Shown piece after piece: positions 15,701-24,228 of a stretch of DNA of 32,000 nucleotides. The notes under the pieces were generated by a model. That model saw only the letters and a program-made list of their open reading frames with translations. It was not told where the DNA came from and searched no databases. This stretch comes from an archaeon. Lineage in GTDB: Archaea; Iainarchaeota; Iainarchaeia; Iainarchaeales; CSSED10-239. Location of the stretch: positions 1 through 32,000 of the forward strand of contig JBBABY010000011.1 of NCBI GenBank assembly GCA_041657425.1, written 5' to 3'. A program made the translations under genes and the position numbers. The stretch's first letter is position 1, and the number at the start of each line of letters is the position of its first letter.

Positions 15701-17761
15701 TATAATCAAATTAAAATCGATAGTGTAATTCCACAAAATGCAAATATAAAAACTACAAATTATTTATTAGAAAATACTTCTGATAAAAATTTAAAGAATC
15801 TAGGACAAACATTAATATCGTTTTCACATCATACAGATTATGATGGAACAGTAGCAACTGAAACAACAGAAAAAGCAATTGATTTATTAGATGCCCAAGA
15901 GCAAGGAAATACTTGTTCTCAAAAAGTAACTGAACTTGCATTAATGGGCCTTCCAATAGGGAGATTGTTACCAAAATCATTTAGAAATTATAGATTAGCG
16001 GCAGTGTTATCATTAGAACAACATTTTGCTTATGTTTTATTTCCTGGATCTGGATATTTTAGTTCATTTTTAGGTCCAGCAATATTTAGTGATTTGCCTC
16101 AACAATTTTTAATAATGCCTGAATTAAAAGGATGTGTTGATGATGAAGAGGGATTATATTCTCACTTTTTTGTTTCAGCAGAAGAAACTGATAGAATCGC
16201 AAAAGATTCAAAAAATAAAGTTGGCGAAGCAATAATAGAGGGAACAAAACAAGTAGAAACTGCAGTTTCAAAAATAACTTCTGGAACAGATCTTGAAAAA
16301 GGAGTGAAGTTTGGTTCAGAGCAAGTTCAAAAGTTTGCTGAAGAAAAACTTCAAGAGGATCCAATCGTTCAATCAACCTATACAACTGCAGGAGCAACAG
16401 CAGCTTCAGTAGAAGGTCAATTATTCTTTTTTGAAATAGGGCCAAGAGCAACTTGTAGAGCAAGTGGTTACAATGACAAGGGCGTTGAAGTATTAATGGG
16501 CCAAGATTCAAATGGAAATGATATGAATGTTAGAATCGACAAAGAAAAAGGAGAATTAACAGTAACTGATGCAAACGGCACAAGAACAATTATTGGCGGA
16601 AACAATAAAGATTTCGTAAGATTAATGGGAGATAATTTTGCAATTCCTGCTAAAGTTATACCACATAGTCTAAGTTATATTCCAACACCAAATGATACTT
16701 TACCATTATTTGAAATTGATGCTTATGGGAATTTAAGTGTTAAAAACGCAGAGTTCTTTGATTGTTTAAGAGCGGGCTATGAAGCGCAGACTGGTCTTAC
16801 CATGTCTTCAAGTGCAAGTAATTTAACTGAATATTTAGGTGCAGTAAAACTTGCTAATGTAATTCACCCTTCAGGAGCATATACCACTACATTTAGCGGA
16901 GATGGAATACTTGCTCAAGGTGCGGGGTTACCAAGAGAATTAACAAGTGGTAATAATTCAAAAGCAACAATATTAGGAAATAGATTTACAAAGATTGGTC
17001 CAATTGATGGTAGTGATAAAACAATTGGTCAAAATGTTGCAATTCAATTTGAAAAAGGACAATTAGTTTATTATGAAGATAAACAAGCATATATACTTTG
17101 GGTAGAAAATACAACAATCACTCATGGAAATGATATTGCAAAATTAAAAACTGAAATTACAAAAGAACAAGCAACAAATGGTTGTGATAAAGAAGAATTA
17201 GGAATCCAATTTTCAACCACTCCAGTTAAAGATAATGATCAAGCAAAAGCAAATACTGATAAATTAAATAAAGCTTTAGAAAAAGTTGGCCCATTTCAAA
17301 TGTTTGATACTCCAACTAAAACATTTATCTTTTACATAAGTGATCCACCAGAGTGTAAGCAAAGATTAAAGATAATTGATAAAGAAACAGGAGTAGTAAC
17401 TGATAGTGAAATACTTTCTTTTGAAAAAACCCCAAATGGTATATCTGTTAAGACAGCAGATGGTTCAACACACAATTTAGAATTTACTGCAGAAGATGGG
17501 GTTCCAAAATTAACATATAATGGAGATAAAGAAACATTAACTTCAGCTCAAGGAAAGAATGGTTCTTTCTGGTTTGATCCAGAGACTGGTAATTGGTATA
17601 CAACTAACGGAAATTTAATTCCTTTAAATGACAAATTTAAAGACGGAGTAACCTTTGCAGTTAATCCAAATGGAACAGTAACTGGTACACCAGAACAAAT
17701 GTATTCAATATTGGTTCAGGTGGTTCAGGAAAGAGCGGTAGTGGATTTAATGTTCCATTAG
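12737..17761 (+). CDS. Giant secreted/surface protein (1674 aa as read, about 1700 aa if joined to the out-of-frame C-terminal anchor)
   Basis: N-terminal signal-like MNELIKKTWVIFFLIIFCNSIFAG. AAGGTG lies 8 nt upstream of the ATG. 14 Cys after the signal, mostly in close pairs, and many N-x-S/T sequons. No domain recognised. Confidence 0.8.
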   Translation: MNELIKKTWVIFFLIIFCNSIFAGINPDRLYFADTENSSPSKTGIVFDRGNGCMTTELPEESVNALWKEILIKGFSVDTLGSDQPENLKRETLDKNQLLLTEADAKAGDMAIKKEIPSQLIDPLEVPMLIGKTCQGAFSYGANLKETLRVGRCTGKDADSECYLADYGQYRQNGMTGFLKETKVVGKDLIKGLKDTLTLNGDSNSDSNKTMNEDLGAFTDISSAELEQYYQAMEASDSNSIETETWKSVGNKVIENTSFTTNFAVTMQTTCRGENCYINTYSLFDKMFNQYFSLDMVYSATSPVFYNTMARIVNNTPLVKKGLTALPTALKKKGIIKEGGFIDTLTKDPGLFIQDPFGRIKKSFDAGIFRKSNVDNYVEVNLKHFDILKRDIQNNDIQDEITATLKALQDNPGATAATTQDLIIKNSAKLNAVQKRAYADVMQIYQSKFAASNALLKSKIADGDFISAKKIIDEVRANGEPIDNALRKLTKTQLDAYEDAAYTASTLSQAHKDMGFSSYSWQDGFDKSAIVADRKLPIAEVSSTGVPGTPPTITKTTLDLKTYKSKDGHSFGELLDKEKLGTEFNGFRYKTDSKYGYVMKDMGDVQTIDYKIILADGTEVTRKRLKTVIENVDRSIPGYPANFDDLKAIAKENPNAVISYLDGSTIKEIKGYQLNDTLKAKITSFGGTGNTTVYTNVKPDFVDNALPIDPSTIHPITNPLGSPYAAGALDTDPLETMASLMDTTPGKLSGTTGRFDEVNTALANKEWVTGRGRDFISQQSKIYNGAAYQRFFTRNPLAFGINFGYWQFKTMGNTIFGETLGLTEYSMYQLPETYSALQIKHKENAKIYDDAYVDFFANDGSDQGDLFMAFLNSGLMWANWAPQKIIGSIEADWAQSLKSTMNNITQGQIKRSKVDDIVLITNNINSGCNQSCNFSIASDYLEKNTKNASMAMELQMIDSNAPTDVNSSTDVNAPKNLNSSTSIQPAINYNQIKIDSVIPQNANIKTTNYLLENTSDKNLKNLGQTLISFSHHTDYDGTVATETTEKAIDLLDAQEQGNTCSQKVTELALMGLPIGRLLPKSFRNYRLAAVLSLEQHFAYVLFPGSGYFSSFLGPAIFSDLPQQFLIMPELKGCVDDEEGLYSHFFVSAEETDRIAKDSKNKVGEAIIEGTKQVETAVSKITSGTDLEKGVKFGSEQVQKFAEEKLQEDPIVQSTYTTAGATAASVEGQLFFFEIGPRATCRASGYNDKGVEVLMGQDSNGNDMNVRIDKEKGELTVTDANGTRTIIGGNNKDFVRLMGDNFAIPAKVIPHSLSYIPTPNDTLPLFEIDAYGNLSVKNAEFFDCLRAGYEAQTGLTMSSSASNLTEYLGAVKLANVIHPSGAYTTTFSGDGILAQGAGLPRELTSGNNSKATILGNRFTKIGPIDGSDKTIGQNVAIQFEKGQLVYYEDKQAYILWVENTTITHGNDIAKLKTEITKEQATNGCDKEELGIQFSTTPVKDNDQAKANTDKLNKALEKVGPFQMFDTPTKTFIFYISDPPECKQRLKIIDKETGVVTDSEILSFEKTPNGISVKTADGSTHNLEFTAEDGVPKLTYNGDKETLTSAQGKNGSFWFDPETGNWYTTNGNLIPLNDKFKDGVTFAVNPNGTVTGTPEQMYSILVQVVQERAVVDLMFH

Positions 17762-17856
17762 CTCCTGAGAATACTCTATGGTTATTCTTGTATATTTCAA
17801 TGATTATAAGTGGATTTATGTTAATCTATTCTTCTAAACCAAGAAGAAAGAAATGA
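17665..17856 (+). other. Open -1 frame encoding a Gly/Ser linker, TM helix and basic tail; probably the true C-terminus of the giant protein (frame break)
   Basis: Own translation of the frame ending at TGA 17854-17856: ...TNVFNIGSGGSGKSGSGFNVPLAPENTLWLFLYISMIISGFMLIYSSKPRRKK*. This frame is open only from 17665, whereas the main frame ends in the implausible ...ILVQVVQERAVVDLMFH*. Confidence 0.6.
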
Positions 17857-17908
17857 ATCCATTTATATTTATTTTTCTTTTTATATATTTATATTAACGT
17901 GATTAACT

Positions 17909-19381
17909 ATGGGAAGACTAGAAGAATATCAAGAAAGTAGAAAGAATAATTTTAATTATCTAAGTGAAAATGGAATAGATCCATATCCATATACTTACAA
18001 CAGAACACATATTTCTAAGGATATTAAGGAAAAATATAAAGATTTAGAGACAGATAAATACACAGAAGAAACTGCAAATGTTGCTGGAAGAATTCTTTCT
18101 TTAAGGTCTCTTGGTAAGATTGCCTTTATTGACCTACATGATACTTATGGTAAAATGCAAATTGTTGTTAAAGAGGAATCAATTTCTAAAGAGCAGTTTG
18201 CTTTATTTAATAAACTAGACAATGGAGACATTGTCGGGATTACTGGAAAGGTCTTTAAAACAAAAAGAGGAGAGCTTTCAATTGATGCAGAGAAGATTAC
18301 TTTCTTATCAAAGTCCTTCCTTCCAATGCCTGAGAAATTTCACGGTATCCAAGATGATGAAATCAAATATAGACAAAGATATCTTGATTTAATGACTAGT
18401 CCTGAATCAAGGGAAATCTTCATGAAAAGAGCAAAGATTATTCAGATTATTAGAAAAATACTAGACGATAAAGGATTTTTAGAAGTAGAAACTCCATTAA
18501 TGCAACCACTTTACGGTGGAGCAAATGCTAGACCTTTCATAACTGAGAGCTTTGTGTGGAAGAGAAAGCTATATCTTTCTATTTCTCCAGAATTGTATTT
18601 AAAAAGACTACTTGTAAGTGGTTTTGACAAGGTATATACCATCTGTAAGAACTTTAGAAACGAAGGTATAGATAAAACTCATAATCCAGAGTTTACAATG
18701 CTTGAATGTTATGAATGTTATAAAGATTATAACTCAGCAATGGATTTAATTGAAGAAATTTATGAAACTGTTGCTTTGAAGCTTTATGGAACAACAGTAA
18801 TCACTTATCAAGAAAAAACCTTTGATTTCAAGAGACCATGGAAGAAATTAACAATGATTGGTGCTCTTAAGGAGATTGGCGGCGTTGACATCGAAAAGTT
18901 AAGTGATGATGACTTAAAGAATCTTCTAAGGGAAAATAAACTTGAAATTGAGACTTTCAAGAGAGGTCTTGCAATATCAGAGTTATTCGAACACTATTGC
19001 GAAGAACATCTTTTAGGTCCAGTTCATATAATTGACCATCCAAAAGAAACAACACCTCTTTGTAAACTTCATAGAGATAACAAAGAATTGATTGAAAGAG
19101 ACGAGCCATATGTTAATGGAACAGAAGCAGGAAATATTTACAGTGAATTAAATGATCCAATACTTCAAGAAAAGTTAATGTTTGACCAAGCAGATCAAGG
19201 AAGAGGAAAAGGAGAGAATCATCCAATAGACACAGACTTTATTGAATCCTTGAAGTACGGAATGCCTCCAGCTTATGGCCTTGGTCTTGGAATCGACAGA
19301 CTTGTCATGGTCTTTACAAACAGTGCAAACATTAGAGAAGTAATTCTCTTTCCATTGTTAAAAGAAGAAGGGGAGCAGTAG
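17909..19381 (+). CDS. lysS: Lysyl-tRNA synthetase, class II
   Basis: 490 aa. N-terminal OB anticodon-binding region (VAGRILSLRSLGKIAFIDLHD..MQIVV), FRNEGIDKTHNPEFTMLECY (motif 2) and GLGLGIDRLVMVFT (motif 3). Confidence 0.95.
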   Translation: MGRLEEYQESRKNNFNYLSENGIDPYPYTYNRTHISKDIKEKYKDLETDKYTEETANVAGRILSLRSLGKIAFIDLHDTYGKMQIVVKEESISKEQFALFNKLDNGDIVGITGKVFKTKRGELSIDAEKITFLSKSFLPMPEKFHGIQDDEIKYRQRYLDLMTSPESREIFMKRAKIIQIIRKILDDKGFLEVETPLMQPLYGGANARPFITESFVWKRKLYLSISPELYLKRLLVSGFDKVYTICKNFRNEGIDKTHNPEFTMLECYECYKDYNSAMDLIEEIYETVALKLYGTTVITYQEKTFDFKRPWKKLTMIGALKEIGGVDIEKLSDDDLKNLLRENKLEIETFKRGLAISELFEHYCEEHLLGPVHIIDHPKETTPLCKLHRDNKELIERDEPYVNGTEAGNIYSELNDPILQEKLMFDQADQGRGKGENHPIDTDFIESLKYGMPPAYGLGLGIDRLVMVFTNSANIREVILFPLLKEEGEQ

Positions 19382-19477
19382 ATAACAAAAAAAGTAAGGT
19401 ATTTAAATATATTAGATAACATATTTATTACATTATTTAATTAAATTAAAAGGGGAAAAGAAAAAAAGGGAATAATT

Positions 19478-19732
19478 ATGACGCAAAAATGTATAACTTG
19501 TGGAAGAATAATTGGCAATTTTGGAATATATTGTCCAAAATGTCAAGAAGAACTTGAAAAGAAAATAAATAAAAGAGAGAGATTTGAAGAAGTTTATAAA
19601 AGTGCAGATTTCTTTGAAAAAGCAAAATTACAAGAAACTAAAGATATGCTTAAAGAAAGACAAGCAAGACTAAGCAGACCAAGAGAACAAACATTAAAAA
19701 CAATTTCTAAGAAACCAGTTTACAAAGAATAA
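19478..19732 (+). CDS. Small zinc-ribbon protein
   Basis: 84 aa with CITCG..(10)..CPKCQ, followed by a charged helical tail. Confidence 0.55.
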   Translation: MTQKCITCGRIIGNFGIYCPKCQEELEKKINKRERFEEVYKSADFFEKAKLQETKDMLKERQARLSRPREQTLKTISKKPVYKE

Positions 19733-19752
19733 GTTTTAATTAACTTATTTTC

Positions 19753-19769
19753 TTTTTTTTAATTTTTTT
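19753..19769 (+). terminator. Oligo-T tracts, a possible archaeal intrinsic terminator
   Basis: T8 (19753-19760) and T7 (19763-19769) lie just downstream of the stop at 19732, in a convergent intergenic region. Confidence 0.3.
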
Positions 19770-19846
19770 AAAACGCCACAATCTTCAGTAGGGTTTATAC
19801 TTCTGTCCAATAAATGATGTAAATATTAAATATGAAAGCAAAGAAA

Positions 19847-20479
19847 TTACTTCGCTTTTGATATAGATCTAAAAGGTTTAGGACGATTAGTTTTAATATT
19901 TGAATTTTTAATTTTTTTAATTCTCTCATTTAATTTTTTTAATTCTAATATCGCGTCTTTTTTATTTTTAGATAAATAATACAATCTTATTTCTGTTTGA
20001 AGTTTAGAAACATCTATTTTAAATGTTTTATAAAATTCATTAGGATCTATTCCTAATTCTTTTAATTTATGCTCATAATTAAGTTGATCATAAGATATTG
20101 TTATTTGCTCTGCTGTTAAAGGATATACCTCTTTTATTGCATTTTCTATTTTTATACCAGACTTTTTTAAGGCCAATAATTCTATAAATTTTTCTCCAAT
20201 TAATTCGAAACCAACGTTTTTTTGATTTCCTTCAGAACGTAAATGCACAGAATGTAATGTTCCCATTTTTTTAAAAATAGCACTTATTGTTTTCATTATT
20301 TCTTTTGTAACATTTAGATATGCAATTTTATTTTCTTTTAATTTCGTATTTATTAATATAGATTGAATTCTATAATATCTTTCATTAAGTGCTTTTAATT
20401 CTTTATAATCAAATCCTGCGTCTTCTAGTTGTCTTATAGATTTTTTTCTTTCTAAATCAATTGTATTCATATAATTCAC
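19847..20479 (-). CDS. Hypothetical soluble protein
   Basis: 210-aa ORF, Lys-rich, no motif recognised. Confidence 0.5.
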   Translation of the reverse strand: MNYMNTIDLERKKSIRQLEDAGFDYKELKALNERYYRIQSILINTKLKENKIAYLNVTKEIMKTISAIFKKMGTLHSVHLRSEGNQKNVGFELIGEKFIELLALKKSGIKIENAIKEVYPLTAEQITISYDQLNYEHKLKELGIDPNEFYKTFKIDVSKLQTEIRLYYLSKNKKDAILELKKLNERIKKIKNSNIKTNRPKPFRSISKAK

Positions 20480-20573
20480 CCTATTAAATAATTATAAAAT
20501 AAATAATAATTAAACAAACATATTTAAAAAGATTACTAAAATAAAGAAATTGTAGAATTGAACTAAATCTATT

Positions 20574-21203
20574 CTAATTTAATTGACTATCCAAGGCTGC
20601 TTTAACTTCATCAATTGTCTTTTCTGTACCACATGATCTTAGTATTTCTTTTCCAGTCTTGTCAAGAACAACATAAGCTGGAACATATCCACAATCTCCC
20701 ATAATGGCATCATAGTCAAGATTTGGATTATATCCTTGTGCTATTTCAGTTACAGGAAATACTTTGCCGTCTTTTCCATCAATTACATTTATCCAAATGT
20801 TTGCTTTAGTGGAGTAATTATCCCAAATCTCAGTTTCAAGTTCTGGAACAAGAATTTTACAATGTCCACAATAAGTTCCTGCAAATACAATAAATGATGG
20901 TTTTTTTGTTGCATAAAAGTCTTCAAGTGTAGAGCTTGCATTAATGGTATTGTTTGTAATTATTTCTGAATTGTTGTTTGTGGTGCCCGCATTATTTGTT
21001 GTAGTAATTTGGCTTTCAGTTTCAGTTATTTCGTTATTAGTTGAATTATTTTTGTCTTTATTTACTAAAACAGCCACCAATATAATTAATATTATAATCA
21101 CAACTGCAATTAATAAATATAAATTCTTTTTTTTAGGAGATAGTTTAATGGGACTATCTTCAAATAATTTTTTCTGTATCTTTTTAGATTTTTTTATACT
21201 CAT
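20574..21203 (-). CDS. Membrane-anchored thioredoxin-fold thiol:disulfide oxidoreductase (CGHC active site)
   Basis: N-terminal TM helix (LYLLIAVVIIILIILVAVLV), an Asn/Thr-rich stalk, then FIVFAGTYCGHCKILVPELE typical of TlpA/thioredoxin-like proteins. Confidence 0.8.
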   Translation of the reverse strand: MSIKKSKKIQKKLFEDSPIKLSPKKKNLYLLIAVVIIILIILVAVLVNKDKNNSTNNEITETESQITTTNNAGTTNNNSEIITNNTINASSTLEDFYATKKPSFIVFAGTYCGHCKILVPELETEIWDNYSTKANIWINVIDGKDGKVFPVTEIAQGYNPNLDYDAIMGDCGYVPAYVVLDKTGKEILRSCGTEKTIDEVKAALDSQLN

Positions 21204-22426
21204 TTCTTTTCTGTCTCCGTGTGCTTGTAGTTTCTTTTCATGATATAAACTTGTAATGGTGGAAATCCATTAAAGTAAATAGAAGAATAGCTCTTAGTAT
21301 ATGCTCCTGTTGAAAGGATATATAGTCTGTCTCCTTCTCTTACACTCTTAGGTATTAGATACTTATGTTTTTCATAAAGTATATCCATAGAATCACAAGT
21401 CGGTCCTGCAATTATCATTTCTTTACAGTCTTTTTCCTTTGGTGGTTTCTTATAGTTTTCAGTAAATATTGGATACTTAATAGATTCATCAAGAGTTTCA
21501 ATTAATCCCCCAAATTTACCAATATCTAAATACATCCATTCATACTGATTAGATAATGACTTCTTAGAAATCATTACAACTTCAGTAACAATAACTCCTG
21601 CATCAGCTACAATTGAACGTCCTGGTTCAATTATTATTTCCATATTTTCAGAAAAATTTTCTCCAAAGTCTTCCTCTAAGAATCTAGTTATTTCTTTAGC
21701 ATATGTTTCTAGATTATGTGTAGGGCTTATGTAATTGGCAGGAAATCCTCCTCCCATATTTATTAATTTTAATTCTATTCCTTCTTCTCTAGCTGCATCA
21801 AACAAATATCTACACTGTGCAATTGCTTGATCCCATTGTCCAATATCTCTTTGTTGAGAACCAACATGGAAAGATACTCCGTAAGGGATTAATCCTAATT
21901 TCTTTGATTCAAAAATTAAATGATAAATCATGTCTGGGTGTGCACCAAACTTTTTAGAAAGTGGCCAATCAGCTGATCCACCTTCCATAATTATTCTAAA
22001 GAATACTTTTACTCCAGGAGCTGCTCTTGCAATCTTTTTAACATCACTAATAGAGTCTGTTGCAAATATTCTTATTCCTTTTTTATAGGCATAAGCTATA
22101 TCTTCTTCTTTCTTAATGGTATTACCAAAAGAAATCTTATCAGGAGACACCTTTAATTTTAATAGCTGATCTAATTCAAAAACAGTGGCAACATCAAAGT
22201 TAGATCCTTTTTTTGCAAGCATCTTAATAATGTCATCTTCTGGATTAGCTTTAACTGCATAATATAATTTTGCATAAGGAATATTACCCATTAACTCATC
22301 AAATTTTTCTTCAATTTTTTTAAGATCAATAATAAGAAATGGAGTTTTTTTACCCTTCGCAAATCTTTTAATTCTTGCAAATTCCTTTTTCGATAGATAT
22401 TCAAAAAGGCCTCTATTTGAAAACAT
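21200..22426 (-). CDS. PLP-dependent decarboxylase, group IV (ornithine/lysine/DAP decarboxylase family, ornithine-decarboxylase-like)
   Basis: LYYAVKANP (PLP lysine), NMGGGFP, EPGRSIVADAG, GPTCDSMD. 408 aa. 4-nt overlap with the downstream thioredoxin-like gene. Confidence 0.9.
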   Translation of the reverse strand: MFSNRGLFEYLSKKEFARIKRFAKGKKTPFLIIDLKKIEEKFDELMGNIPYAKLYYAVKANPEDDIIKMLAKKGSNFDVATVFELDQLLKLKVSPDKISFGNTIKKEEDIAYAYKKGIRIFATDSISDVKKIARAAPGVKVFFRIIMEGGSADWPLSKKFGAHPDMIYHLIFESKKLGLIPYGVSFHVGSQQRDIGQWDQAIAQCRYLFDAAREEGIELKLINMGGGFPANYISPTHNLETYAKEITRFLEEDFGENFSENMEIIIEPGRSIVADAGVIVTEVVMISKKSLSNQYEWMYLDIGKFGGLIETLDESIKYPIFTENYKKPPKEKDCKEMIIAGPTCDSMDILYEKHKYLIPKSVREGDRLYILSTGAYTKSYSSIYFNGFPPLQVYIMKRNYKHTETEKK

Positions 22427-22474
22427 GTTTAATCTATAATCTCCTTTTATTTTTGTATTGCTTTTAATTTAGTT

Positions 22475-23152
22475 TTATTGAAAATGAAAATTATCTTCTT
22501 TTTTTTGTTTTGCATCTGTTATTGTTTTACCAACAAGAGAACCTAATATAATTCCTGCAAGTAGAGAATAAGCTTTAATATCTGCCAATTTAGATTGAAT
22601 TTCTTTTAATTTCTCTTTAGGAATATAACTTAATTCGTTTTTTATTTGTTCTATTTCTTTTTTAGAAAAAATGGTACTTAATTTATCTAAAGGCAAAGAT
22701 AAAAGATATCTTTTATAGTCTAAAACTCCAATTCTTTGTTCTATAGTTTTTCTTAATTTGGGATTGTTTTTTATTTCTGTATTAATTTTCCTAATTCGTA
22801 ATTGTATAATATCATTAATATTTTTTCTTTGAGTTTCTGGAAGTATATCATTAATTTGTCTTAATTTTACAACTCCAAGATTTACTCTTTTTATTTTTTC
22901 GTCAGCTATAATCATTTTGTCTTCTTCTAGAAAATAAAAGTTGCCTATATTAGTATTTTTATTTAATTCTTTAATTTCAGCAATATTAGAAACAATATCT
23001 ACAGTTGCTTCTGAATTTTTAAAACTTTTATCTATAGCTTTTTTACTAAAATGATTATCTATTGCCTTTTGTGTTCCAAAGCCAGAAATTGTAGCTACGC
23101 CAATAATTGCAGTATTCTGTATTGTTCTCTTTAACTTTGGTTTTAAAGGCAT
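22475..23152 (-). CDS. Hypothetical protein with N- and C-terminal hydrophobic segments
   Basis: I prefer the internal start MPLKPKLKRT (ATG at 23150-23152). The track start at 23251 would overlap gene 23167-23499. Confidence 0.5.
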   Translation of the reverse strand: MPLKPKLKRTIQNTAIIGVATISGFGTQKAIDNHFSKKAIDKSFKNSEATVDIVSNIAEIKELNKNTNIGNFYFLEEDKMIIADEKIKRVNLGVVKLRQINDILPETQRKNINDIIQLRIRKINTEIKNNPKLRKTIEQRIGVLDYKRYLLSLPLDKLSTIFSKKEIEQIKNELSYIPKEKLKEIQSKLADIKAYSLLAGIILGSLVGKTITDAKQKKEDNFHFQ

Positions 23153-23166
23153 AAGAAAAACCAGTT

Positions 23167-23499
23167 TTATTTTTGTGATTTCTTTAAGAATGCTTTTGCA
23201 AGTAAATAACTGATACCCCATAATATAAGTGTTGTAGGAATAACTACCCATAAATATTTAGACCCTAATATTGAGAATACAAATACAATCAATACAGATA
23301 TAAACAGAACACAGAATATTAAAAATATAATTAAAGAATAATATTCCCAATATGTTTTATTATTTTTCTTATGTTCAATAACTGGAGTTTTATTTTTTTC
23401 GGCAATCTTGGATTTTATTTTTGGGTTATTAATTTTTGTTTTATTTTTTATAGCTTTCATTTTTTTTTTCTTTTTTTCAACCATTTTTTTCCGCCTCAT
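23167..23499 (-). CDS. Small membrane protein with a very basic N-terminus and 2 TM helices
   Basis: 110 aa, MRRKKMVEKKKKKMKAIKNKTK... followed by two hydrophobic helices. 4-nt overlap with the upstream gene. Confidence 0.45.
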   Translation of the reverse strand: MRRKKMVEKKKKKMKAIKNKTKINNPKIKSKIAEKNKTPVIEHKKNNKTYWEYYSLIIFLIFCVLFISVLIVFVFSILGSKYLWVVIPTTLILWGISYLLAKAFLKKSQK

Positions 23500-24215
23500 T
23501 TTTTATTTTTTTTAATAGTTTTCTTTAATGTTTCTTTTTCATTTTCTTCCATTAAATCTAATTGTAATCTCTGGATATCAAGTAATCTTTGCCATTGGTG
23601 TTGTACTAAATTATCCATTTTTTCATGTAAGTTTCTAATCTCAAGTTCTGCTTTAAGATTTATCTTGTAATCATTTTCTGCTCTCTTTCTATCTTTTTGT
23701 TCTTTTCTGTTCTGGCTCATCATAATTATTGGTGCTTGAATTGCAGCAATACATGATAATATTAAATTAAGTAAAATAAAAGGGTAAGGATCATATGGCG
23801 CTTTCAATAAAAAAACAGCACTATTAATAACAATCCAAATAACTAAGAAAATTCCAAACATTATAATAAATGTCCAAGATCCACCGAATTCTGCAACTTT
23901 GTCTGCCATCTTTTGTCCAACAGATCTTGATTCTTTATCTTTTGTAATATTTTTTACAATTGATTCATGATCTACAAGACTCTTTAAAACATCTTTATCT
24001 AATTTGTCTAATTCTCCTTTTTCTTTTAGTAATATGTCTTCTATATATTCTTTTCTATATCTTTTTAATTCTTCTTTAGTAATATATCCATCTTCTATAA
24101 TCTTAGGGTCTTTTTCTCTAATTATAGATAATATCTCTGGTCTAATTGTATCTATTGGAACTTCACCAACTAGTTTTACACTAGATGGAATTATTTCTGT
24201 TTTTTTAGTGTCCAT
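23496..24215 (-). CDS. DUF1003-like membrane protein
   Basis: GGSWTFIIMFGIFLVIWIVINS...PYDPYPFILLNLILSCIAAIQAPIIMMSQNRKEQKDRKRAENDYKINLKAELEI matches the conserved core I recall for DUF1003. Confidence 0.65.
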   Translation of the reverse strand: MDTKKTEIIPSSVKLVGEVPIDTIRPEILSIIREKDPKIIEDGYITKEELKRYRKEYIEDILLKEKGELDKLDKDVLKSLVDHESIVKNITKDKESRSVGQKMADKVAEFGGSWTFIIMFGIFLVIWIVINSAVFLLKAPYDPYPFILLNLILSCIAAIQAPIIMMSQNRKEQKDRKRAENDYKINLKAELEIRNLHEKMDNLVQHQWQRLLDIQRLQLDLMEENEKETLKKTIKKNKK

Positions 24216-24228
24216 ATTTTTCTTAAGT

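Noticed and set aside
17690-17705. Programmed -1 ribosomal frameshift at the giant gene's frame break.
   Set aside because: There is no X XXY YYZ slippery heptamer and no obvious downstream stem-loop or pseudoknot in the AT-rich sequence. An A-run indel is the simpler explanation. The point is kept as an open question in the findings.
17737-17856. Assigning the giant protein's C-terminus to a named archaeosortase signal (PGF-CTERM, VPXXXP-CTERM, etc.).
   Set aside because: The motif before the TM helix is VPLAPEN, which is V-P-x-x-P and neither PGF nor VPxxxP. Only the generic linker/TM/basic layout is supported.
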